11,779 nt of DNA, taken from the NCBI GenBank assembly GCA_038858525.1, contig JAWCFL010000027.1, forward strand, positions 11,608-23,386. Direction: 5' to 3'. Both the position numbers and the translations under genes were made by a program. The DNA is from Candidatus Jordarchaeales archaeon. GTDB taxonomy: Archaea > Asgardarchaeota > Jordiarchaeia > Jordiarchaeales > Freyrarchaeaceae. The notes under the pieces were generated by a model that was not told where the DNA came from, searched no databases, and saw only the letters and a list, made by a program, of their open reading frames with translations. This document shows, piece by piece, positions 1 to 6,601 of this stretch (the first letter of the stretch is position 1; every line of letters begins with the position of its first letter).

Positions 1-393
1 CACGTTGAGCATAATGTTATCTCTTATCACGTTGGCTTTGGGCGCCGACAGCTGCTTGATAGCTTCGAGAGCCTTCTCAGAGCGGTACTCCTGAGCAAAG
101 CCCAGAAAGGCGTTTATCAGAATTATAGCCACTATTACTATGCCATCCAGAAAGTGGCCGGTGGCAAGTGAAATAATAACGGCGACCGACAAAATATAGT
201 TTAGGGCATTGTTAAACTGTCTAAAAAGTAGTCTGGGAACTGACAGCCTCCTTAACTCGCCTATCGCGTTTGGACCATATATCTCCAACCTTCTAGAGGC
301 CTCATCGCTACTCAACCCTTGAGGACTAGTTCCTAGGACGCTCATGACTTCTTCTACACTCATAGCGTGCCAGCTTCTACCATCAGCCATCAT
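1..393 (-). CDS. Cation-transporting P-type ATPase, type II (Ca2+/PacL-SERCA-like), N-terminal 131 aa; runs off the left edge
   Basis: Not in the ORF track; translated by hand from ATG at 393: MMADGRSWHAMSVEEVMSVLGTSPQGLSSDEASRRLEIYGPNAI...LFRQFNNAL...IVAIILINAFLGFAQEYRSEKALEAIKQLSAPKANVIRD. This is the Cation_ATPase_N signature (WH..S.EE, GLS..EA..RL..YGPN) followed by TM1-TM2 and QEYR.EKALEA. GGTGG SD just upstream. The DKTGT motif lies outside the window, so the ion is inferred. Confidence 0.93.
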   Translation of the reverse strand, partial: MMADGRSWHAMSVEEVMSVLGTSPQGLSSDEASRRLEIYGPNAIGELRRLSVPRLLFRQFNNALNYILSVAVIISLATGHFLDGIVIVAIILINAFLGFAQEYRSEKALEAIKQLSAPKANVIRDNIMLNV

Positions 394-593
394 TAGCCAC
401 CACTTAAACGATTCCTCTAACTAAATATCCTGCCGAGTTTAAGTAGATAAACAGAGCTCCACTTTTTTATTTTTTGTTGTAGCCGCTTAGAAACCAGACA
501 AGGGATTTGACGAGCGACGCCCTTACTGATGAAGCAACGGGGTTGCTAACTTTTCTCACGTTAGGGCACATGGTTCTATTACTTCCCTTCTCC

Positions 594-1298
594 TTATATT
601 TTTGGGAGTATAGGGGCGTACTTCTCCATTCTCATTCTTTTTCCTTCAGGCTGTATGAGCCAGGTCATCCAGCAAAGCTCTATCGGTCTGTAACCACACA
701 CCGAAGCCATCCACTCCACTCTTCTCACAAACTCCACATCGTCGTTCACAGGGTGAAGCCCAGCCTTCACCAGTATCTCGTTCAAAACCCTCTTGACTAT
801 CTTGTCGGGCATCACGGTGTCAACTCCACCCATCATTCTCAGATATTGAAAGGTGACCAAGCCAACTCCCCTTATCCTGCCGACGGGGTCTTCTCTCCAG
901 TTTTCGATGCTGGCTCTCCTAGCCCAGCTCCTCAAGGCTTCCCTGTCGTCGCCGCTTACCGTTGAAAGGTACGCCGCCACCTCCTTTGCAACCATTAAAG
1001 ACCTTCTATTACGCCAAACAGCCATGAGCTCCTCCACGTCGGCATTGGCTAAGTCTCTTAGGCGGGTGAGCCTCCCTGTTTCAACGAACACTCTGCTGAA
1101 CTCCTCAACCTTCGGCACTACAGCAGTAAAATAGTTTAGCCCTATTGAAGTGAAGGCTGCGTCGACAATCATGAGCACGACGCTTCCACCCCACCTCTCA
1201 GTCCTCAGGCACCTCTCACAATGCTCCCTTAACCCTGAAACCTTCCCCATGTATTCATCAACAATTCGCTTCAGCAGTGACGAGTCAGCCCCCTGCAA
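594..1298 (-). CDS. HhH-GPD superfamily (DNA glycosylase-like) protein
   Basis: ORF 594..1319(-). Helix-hairpin-helix-like motif VGRIRGVGLVTFQYL followed by GVDTVMPDKIVKRVL, with the Asp at the HhH-GPD catalytic position. No 4Fe-4S Cys cluster. Likely start is TTG at 1298, about 6 nt after a GGTGG SD; the track start is 1319. Confidence 0.62.
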   Translation of the reverse strand: MQGADSSLLKRIVDEYMGKVSGLREHCERCLRTERWGGSVVLMIVDAAFTSIGLNYFTAVVPKVEEFSRVFVETGRLTRLRDLANADVEELMAVWRNRRSLMVAKEVAAYLSTVSGDDREALRSWARRASIENWREDPVGRIRGVGLVTFQYLRMMGGVDTVMPDKIVKRVLNEILVKAGLHPVNDDVEFVRRVEWMASVCGYRPIELCWMTWLIQPEGKRMRMEKYAPILPKI

Positions 1299-1422
1299 GC
1301 ACAACCACCAGCCCATCAAAATTGCAATAAAAACGAGAATACAAGCTTTACGCGTCTAGCCAACAGGTCTAGTAAAAGGAATAAGCAAAGGGAGAGAATG
1401 ATTGTTCTCTATGTGGTGGTAC

Positions 1423-1646
1423 GTGGACAGAGCGGAGCGATACAGGAAAAAAGAGATTATTTTACGTCTAAGTTGGCGTTTCTCCCTCCGACTTTGATGA
1501 CGTTTACAGGTTAAGGGACATTATAGTTCACAGATACAAACAAGCTTGAAGTTGCCGAGAAAAAGCTCGACGGGCTTGTGAAGGGCATATTCAAGTTTCT
1601 AGAGGATGTTGGGGGGGTCCTACGTGAGATCTTTAGAGGAAATTAA
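1423..1646 (+). pseudogene. HEPN (DUF86/HepT-like) RNase toxin remnant, frameshifted and internally deleted
   Basis: Fragments in different frames: VDRAERYRKK (1423-), DVYRLRDIIVHRY with the Rx4H HEPN motif at 1514-1531, then NKLEVAEKKLDGLVKGIFKFLEDVGGVLREIFRGN* ending 1646. About 75 codons versus roughly 140 expected for DUF86. Lies directly upstream of and overlaps an MNT remnant. Confidence 0.72.
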
Positions 1647-1990
1647 AAAGGAGCAGCCTGAAAGGATTCTGGGTTGTGGTTTATGGGAGCTGGGAAGGGA
1701 GGAGGTGATCTTCCGGTCTGATATCGACATTGCAGTTACGGGAAGCAGCCGAGAGAAGAACTTGGAAGTTGCGCTTTGGCTTCTCGGAAAGGCGCCGCCT
1801 CTACTACGCCGTGAAGGTTTTCGAGCTACTCCCTCCTTTCACTTGAAAGCTAAAGTGGTGACGCGGTATGTGGCCGTTTTAGGGGGATCCCCTTGAGATC
1901 TTCGAGTAATTCTACTACTGCAAGCTTCGGAAGGATGTGGAAAAGACGATGGGGGGAATCAATACTAAAGATACAAGGAGCTCCTTCAAG
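1624..1990 (+). pseudogene. Minimal nucleotidyltransferase (MNT/MntA-like) antitoxin remnant with several frameshifts and an in-frame stop
   Basis: Stitching frames gives VRSLEEIKK / SLKGFWVVVYGSW (GS motif at 1685-1690) / FRSDIDIAV (DxD at 1720-1728) TGSSREKNLEVALWLLGKAPP / YAVKVFELLP / HLKAKVVTRYVAVLG / DPLEIFE*FYYCKL. This is colinear with archaeal MNTs of HEPN-MNT pairs. Track ORF 1606..1896 covers only part of it. The 3' end is approximate. Confidence 0.82.
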
Positions 1991-2373
1991 CTATAGAGGA
2001 GGAGCCAGCCAGACGTAGAGAGGAAGCCAGACGACACACGTTATATGAGCCGGGCATCAGTTGACGTGCCCTCGGGAGAAGCTAAATGCTCGGCGCTGCT
2101 CTTCGCCATTAGGCTATGCAAAGCACCACTCATGACTTAAGGCCTTAATTTCTTGTGGTAGGCATTAGCTTCCTCCTGGAAAGCTCAGAGATGGGTTCAG
2201 CATCAGTTTGCTGGTTCTTCTCCTTTTAGGAAGGGTAGGAAGAAAATCCTTTTTTCTATGCGGTTTCCAGTGGTCCCCAATCAGCTTCTCCGTTAAAGAA
2301 AAAGTCCCTACCGAGACATGTTACTTCAATCAGGGAGGGGATAAACGTTTTCCGGGGATAGATGCGCTAAGAA

Positions 2374-2390
2374 ATAAACTTTTTAAAGAT
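2374..2390 (+). promoter_or_regulatory. Putative BRE/TATA promoter for the amidotransferase gene
   Basis: A-rich stretch followed by TTTTTAAAG (ATAAACTTTTTAAAGAT) about 45-55 nt upstream of ATG 2435; AAGGGGA SD at about 2423-2429. Confidence 0.4.
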
Positions 2391-2434
2391 TAAATTTGCA
2401 GACGTTGACGGAGTGTCTAGTTAAGGGGACCGAC

Positions 2435-3259
2435 ATGTGTGACATTTTGGCGATGTGCTTCAGCAAGCCTGTCACGGCTTCCTTCTCCCTCAGAGGATTT
2501 AAGATGAAAGGAAAGTTTAACTACCACGGGTGGGGCGTCGCATGGTACCAAGATGGGGCTGCCCAAATCGTTAAAGAGCCGGTCACGGCGCTGAGGAGCA
2601 GGCTCTTCGACAACTTACTTAAAAACATGGAGGCACGCTCCGAAATTTTCATCGCGCACGTCCGCCGGGCATCAGACGTCAAGCTGGCACCCCCATCAAT
2701 CGTGAATACTCACCCATTCTGGAGGGAGCTGAAGGGTAAGACGTACGTCTTCGCGCATAACGGTTCCCTCAGGCAAGACGTTAAAAGGATGGAGTTCAAA
2801 AGGAAGTTTCCACTGAGTAATATTAAACCTCTCGGTGAGACAGGGTCTGAATATATCTTCTGCCACCTCCTCGCGTGCATAGAGAAAGAAGTAGAGGTGT
2901 GGGATGAAGCTGGGTTCTCGTGGCTTGCAGACAAGCTAGCCGAGATTAACGAGTACATTTTTCTCAACTGCGTCATGAGTGACGGAGACCACCTTTTCCT
3001 TTACCATGACGCTGAAGCTTACAATGGAATGGCGTTAACTCTTAGGAGAGCGCCATTCCCGGTTATACGCTTAATGGACGACGAGGAGGAGGTTATTCTG
3101 CAGGAAGAAAAGGGAAGGGACTTGCAGGGCGTTGTGGCAACGACGCTTTCCCTAAGATACTCGGACACACCAGTATACCTGACCAACGAGAAGTGGACGC
3201 ACGTTGAACCGGGAAAACTCCTTGTGTTTAGAAAGGGGCGAGAGATTTATCAGCGGTGA
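2435..3259 (+). CDS. Class II (Ntn) glutamine amidotransferase, YafJ/EgtC-like (GATase_4)
   Basis: True start is ATG 2435 (MCDILAM), which places the nucleophilic Cys at position 2. Motifs GWGVAWY, FIAHVRRAS, NTHPF, FAHNG and GETGSE match the YafJ-type family. The track's TTG start at 2396 would mask the N-terminal Cys. Confidence 0.88.
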   Translation: MCDILAMCFSKPVTASFSLRGFKMKGKFNYHGWGVAWYQDGAAQIVKEPVTALRSRLFDNLLKNMEARSEIFIAHVRRASDVKLAPPSIVNTHPFWRELKGKTYVFAHNGSLRQDVKRMEFKRKFPLSNIKPLGETGSEYIFCHLLACIEKEVEVWDEAGFSWLADKLAEINEYIFLNCVMSDGDHLFLYHDAEAYNGMALTLRRAPFPVIRLMDDEEEVILQEEKGRDLQGVVATTLSLRYSDTPVYLTNEKWTHVEPGKLLVFRKGREIYQR

Positions 3260-3414
3260 ATACGCGTACTGCTACTTCCAATGGTCGGTTTTTTAACGTT
3301 TAAGCTTTGCTTTCGGTAGTGGATGTGGCGGATTTCGGCGTTAAAGCGTTGCCATTTAAAGATTCCACTATATTTATTTGCCTGGTGGTTTTTATGTTTT
3401 TTTGGTGATTAAGC

Positions 3415-3666
3415 ATGATTCATGGTGTTGAAGTTAAAAAAGTGGATGAGCAAGGGAGAATAGTTCTCCCGGCGGATTGGAGGCAGAAGGAGCTTGGAGA
3501 GAGTAGAGAGGTTATAGTGATAAAGGGTGAAGGGGTTCTGAAGATAATCCCTAAGAAGAGAGTGGACCTCACCAGGTTCTTTGACAGCATAGACTTGGGA
3601 GTGAACGTCGGCGACTGGGACGGGTTCGAGGGGAGGTTTTACCGTGACGAGGTTTCTCGACGCTAA
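3415..3666 (+). CDS. vapB: AbrB/MazE/SpoVT-family antitoxin (VapB-type)
   Basis: VKKVDEQGRIVLPADWRQKELGESREVIVIKGEGVLKIIP is the swapped-hairpin AbrB signature, with an acidic C-terminal tail. GGTGA SD at 3404-3408. Overlaps the downstream PIN gene by 23 nt. Confidence 0.9.
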   Translation: MIHGVEVKKVDEQGRIVLPADWRQKELGESREVIVIKGEGVLKIIPKKRVDLTRFFDSIDLGVNVGDWDGFEGRFYRDEVSRR

Positions 3667-4090
3667 CGTCTTCATATACGCCTATTATAAGCCGAAAGGG
3701 GCGCTAAGTGAAGAGCAAAAAAGGATGAAGGAGCAAGCTAAGAAAATAATAAGGCGGGTTAATGAAGGAGAAGAAGTCGTGACCACCGTGGTTCACCTAT
3801 CTGAGGTTGCGAACATACTTAAGAGGGGACTTCCTACTAGGGACCTTCACGCGCTTCTACTTAGCCTGTGCTCAATGGACAACGTCAAAGTAGTAGGCGT
3901 CACAAAGGAGGATTACATGGAAGCTATCGACATGATGAAGGACATCGGACTGGACCCAAATGACTGTTTGGCTGTAAAAATCATGCGGATGGAAAGAATA
4001 GAGGAAATATACTCGTTCGATAAAGCGTTCGACAATGTTGAAGGCGTAAGGAGAGCCACGCTGCAGTTGGAGAACAGCAGCGATACTTGA
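3644..4090 (+). CDS. vapC: PIN-domain ribonuclease toxin (VapC)
   Basis: FLDANVFIY (D6), HLSEV (E54), DPNDCL (D107) and YSFDKAFD (D126/D130) give a complete PIN acidic tetrad. GTG start with GGGAGGT SD, translationally coupled to the antitoxin. Confidence 0.92.
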   Translation: MTRFLDANVFIYAYYKPKGALSEEQKRMKEQAKKIIRRVNEGEEVVTTVVHLSEVANILKRGLPTRDLHALLLSLCSMDNVKVVGVTKEDYMEAIDMMKDIGLDPNDCLAVKIMRMERIEEIYSFDKAFDNVEGVRRATLQLENSSDT

Positions 4091-4094
4091 ACTT

Positions 4095-4482
4095 TCAGCC
4101 GAGCAACCTTACGTAGCTCTCCCGATCCCTAATTGAATGCCCTCCAAGCTCGGCGGAAAAGATGCTATTCTTCTTTTCAACATGGCGAAACCTGTTTATT
4201 TCGGTTGCAGTGATCCACTTTGTGCTCTTGCTACACTACTCTTGCTACACATAATACTTCAAACGTCTTCTCCCAGCTTGCGATTCTGTTAACCCCCATC
4301 TTCTTCCGGTCTAACGGTTTCTGGAAGCGCGAAGCCTAACCCGTCCACTTCGTGCAAAATATGCCCTATGTCTTCGACAGGGATCTAAAGATGGGCGCAT
4401 CTTTTCCGAAATTCTCTATAGACGTTAAATCCTCCTCAAGCCACTTGAAGCGCCTCATCAGACTAATATTTGGAGTCAACAT
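4095..4482 (-). pseudogene. Possible decayed gene of unknown family
   Basis: Successive short protein-like fragments in shifting frames on the minus strand: MLTPNISLMRRFKWLEEDLTSIENFGKDAPIFRSLSKT*, IPVEDIGHILHEVDGLGFALPETVRPEE, MGVNRIASWEKTFEVL and KSTKWITATEINRFRHVEKK...VRLLG*. A frame-disrupting 14-nt-period duplication lies inside. No family recognised. Confidence 0.25.
4225..4250. repeat. Direct repeat CTCTTGCTACAC x2 (14-nt period)
   Basis: Exact 12-mer at 4225-4236 and 4239-4250. Confidence 0.9.
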
Positions 4483-4583
4483 AAATTGCAGCACAGGCTT
4501 AAGGACTACGTTAGTTCAGTGAGCCTCGAAGCGGTTTCAATATCCCCGGTTCTCACTAAGTTAAACCAAAAACCAGAGAAGGA

Positions 4584-5015
4584 TTAACACTTTGACAGAA
4601 GTTTACTTCCCCTCTCCTTCTCCTCCACTTCCTTTACTGCTTCAGCTACTTTCAGGAAAATCTCCTTAACCTTTATCTTGTCTCCAGTTTTCATCGCTTC
4701 AAGGAAAACTGGCCCCAGCTCTCCTAAACCAAACCTTGAAAAAACGTCTGTGAACAACAAACTTAGAAAGGAATCTGCCACCGAGCTTTTCAGTCTTAAT
4801 AAAGCTAGCTCGTAAAACTCCTTCGGATTCTCAAGGAGTCTTCCAAGAAAATCTTCATGATCTTCACACCCGACTTCACTCATGATACGATCAACTAATC
4901 CAATGGTTGGAACATTACCCCTTAGTTCGCTCCCACGCTTACTCATACGCCTAGCAACAACCCTAATTGCTTCCTCTAAATCCACTTCTAAAACCCCAGA
5001 AAAACATTTGCTCAC
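4584..5015 (-). CDS. Small helical archaeal protein, possibly DUF3227/NitrOD5-like
   Basis: 143-aa ORF with protein-like composition. LLENPKEFYELALLRLKSSVADSFLSLLFTDVFSRFGL resembles the recalled 'L.EDP..F..AL..LFG..A' pattern of DUF3227/NitrOD5. An alternative start is GTG 4985, preceded by GGGGT. Confidence 0.55.
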   Translation of the reverse strand: MSKCFSGVLEVDLEEAIRVVARRMSKRGSELRGNVPTIGLVDRIMSEVGCEDHEDFLGRLLENPKEFYELALLRLKSSVADSFLSLLFTDVFSRFGLGELGPVFLEAMKTGDKIKVKEIFLKVAEAVKEVEEKERGSKLLSKC

Positions 5016-5151
5016 TTCTTTTTAAAATCTTTGCTTTTGGCATCATACAAACTTTCACTAAAAGACCACTAAGCTTATTTCCTTCTTTGAGGCATCACTC
5101 TCCGTAACACTTCACTTTTGTCGCATCCCCCTTCTTCTCCCAATTTAGGGA

Positions 5152-5164
5152 GAAAAAAATAAAA
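5152..5164 (-). terminator. Oligo-T tract, putative archaeal terminator of the zinc-finger gene
   Basis: Minus strand reads TTTTATTTTTTTC, about 60 nt downstream of the stop at 5225. Confidence 0.4.
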
Positions 5165-5224
5165 TGCTGTTCCTTTCGGTGGAGACTGTTTGGGTGTTTG
5201 AAGAGAGCTTACTTTTTTTGGGAA

Positions 5225-6268
5225 TCACAATGTGATTATTGTGTAGTTTTTTCCGCCTCCTGCTGCGAATACCTGTATTCTTTTCCCCTTTGCTGTTTCT
5301 ACGTCCAGCCTCAATATGGGAAATATGTATATCGGGTAGAGTGGGGTTTCACCTGTCTTGTCGGCTTTCTTTTCGAGATCGGCGAATATCTTCTTTGCTC
5401 TGCCAGCCTTACTATCCACGTCTTTATTGTAGAACCCAAGCATAGCTTCCAGGTCGTTTTTGTTAAGCTGCTCGTGATTGTTTATTTTTACTGATTCTAG
5501 CTGACTAACCTTCGCCTCCAGCATCTCGGATAGGACGTCGTCAACCTCTGGCTTAGAGTATATGAGGTACAACTTCTTCCCCGAGACTGGCGGGGGTGAA
5601 ACGCTGTATGTGAATATAACACCAGCGCCCTTGCATTTTTTGCAGGGAAATTTGCCGTCGCCTCCGCATTCGTTACAAACAAGCTTAGCAAGCCCACCAC
5701 ACTTACCGCACACTACTTTTCCGGAGCCGAAACACGTGGGGCACTGAACTTTCATTTCCCTCTCCGTCTCCTCTCCGTCTGAAACAACGCTCAGCGTTAA
5801 CGCAACCTCCTTGGCTCCTTCACACTCGTCGCAGGAAATCTCTCCGCTCTCACCGCACTCGTTACATGGCAACGTCCCTTTCCCACCACACTTGTCACAT
5901 TCGAGGTAACCTGTGCCAGCACATTCAGAGCACTCAACTTTCTCCAGCGAGCCGAACATGGGAATTCTGGAGTCAAGCTTGAGTTCGGGTGGAACCTTGC
6001 CCTTGGGAAACTCATAAAACTTAACCTTCAATATTCCTTCATAGTTACTTTCCTTTCTCTCAGCTTCCACGCTCCCCGTTTCAATCTTAGACGCAAAGAA
6101 GACGGCGATTTTCCTGTCGACCTCCTTAACAAACTCCGCAGCAGACACGCTTGACTTGTCAAAAGGCATGTCCTTCCGAGCAAACAACTCTTCAAGTTCG
6201 TCATCCCTCATCCCGTTAACCCATCTCGAAAAAACCTCATCAGGTGACGGCGGCTTAAGAAACGACAT
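5225..6268 (-). CDS. Protein with eight DnaJ-type CxxCxGxG zinc-binding motifs and no J domain; SSUH2-like
   Basis: Motifs start at residues 113, 124, 135, 146, 176, 187, 198 and 209 (CSECAGTG, CDKCGGKG, CNECGESG, CDECEGAK, CPTCFGSG, CGKCGGLA, CNECGGDG, CKKCKGAG). No HPD motif, no G/F region. GGAGGGG SD upstream of ATG 6268. Confidence 0.85.
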   Translation of the reverse strand: MSFLKPPSPDEVFSRWVNGMRDDELEELFARKDMPFDKSSVSAAEFVKEVDRKIAVFFASKIETGSVEAERKESNYEGILKVKFYEFPKGKVPPELKLDSRIPMFGSLEKVECSECAGTGYLECDKCGGKGTLPCNECGESGEISCDECEGAKEVALTLSVVSDGEETEREMKVQCPTCFGSGKVVCGKCGGLAKLVCNECGGDGKFPCKKCKGAGVIFTYSVSPPPVSGKKLYLIYSKPEVDDVLSEMLEAKVSQLESVKINNHEQLNKNDLEAMLGFYNKDVDSKAGRAKKIFADLEKKADKTGETPLYPIYIFPILRLDVETAKGKRIQVFAAGGGKNYTIITL

Positions 6269-6438
6269 AACAAACCCCTCCGCTCATTATAATGTAAAAT
6301 ACCCTTTTAAGACTTCCTTCCCTAAAAGGAATACAGGATAAAGGCGCAGCATAAAGCTTAGTGAAACAGTTACCCAAAAGATAAAAAATGGGCGAATGAC
6401 CTGCCGTTTGATTTTGATTTCACTATTTTCCTAGAATC

Positions 6439-6446
6439 TTTATATT
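6439..6446 (+). promoter_or_regulatory. Putative TATA box (TTTATAT) for the small ORF/membrane protein transcript
   Basis: TTTATAT about 32 nt upstream of ATG 6478, in the AT-rich divergent intergenic region. Confidence 0.35.
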
Positions 6447-6477
6447 TTTCATTTTTCTTCATGAGCCGGCGGTGGAA

Positions 6478-6588
6478 ATGATGAGTAGTGTTTCACTTAA
6501 CAGATGGGCTAGTGGGGCACCGGCGGGCAAAAGCGCGGCGGGCAAAAGCGACTTAGAAAGGAATAATAGGCGGAAATCCTTAATTTAA
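6478..6588 (+). CDS. Possible 36-aa small ORF (MMSSVSLNRWASGAPAGKSAAGKSDLERNNRRKSLI)
   Basis: GGTGG SD at 6471-6475, then ATGATG. The stop TAA overlaps the AGGAGG SD of the next gene, and the internal 15-bp duplication keeps the frame. Below the track's length cutoff; no homology recognised. Confidence 0.3.
   Translation: MMSSVSLNRWASGAPAGKSAAGKSDLERNNRRKSLI
6521..6550. repeat. Perfect 15-bp tandem duplication CGGCGGGCAAAAGCG x2
   Basis: Identical 15-mers at 6521-6535 and 6536-6550. Confidence 0.95.
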
Positions 6589-6601
6589 GGAGGCGGCTGA
6601 C

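Noticed and set aside
507-1359. Plus-strand ORFs 507..965, 853..1134 and 1150..1359
   Set aside because: Antisense shadows of the HhH-GPD-like gene, with no recognisable motifs.
2007-2071. AGCCAGACG direct repeat and the GGGCA...TGCCC hairpin after the MNT remnant
   Set aside because: Too short to distinguish from chance; no IS-type terminal repeats or target-site duplication.
2208-2393. 61-aa ORF upstream of the amidotransferase
   Set aside because: TTG start without an SD, overlaps the putative promoter of the next gene, no motif.
2396-2434. N-terminal extension of the amidotransferase given by the track
   Set aside because: Ntn enzymes need Cys at the mature N-terminus; ATG 2435 has its own SD.
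4534-4567. GTTTCAAT...TTAAAC stretch resembling an archaeal CRISPR repeat (and ATCAGACTAAT near 4457)
   Set aside because: Single copies with no second repeat, no spacer periodicity and no cas genes in the window.
5225-6268. Annotation as dnaJ
   Set aside because: No J domain/HPD motif, no G/F region, eight rather than four motifs, and no dnaK or grpE nearby.
6478-6600. ATGATGA as the C box of a C/D sRNA
   Set aside because: No CTGA D box at the expected 50-60 nt distance (the nearest is about 120 nt away) and no convincing D'/C' pair; better explained as a start codon after an SD.
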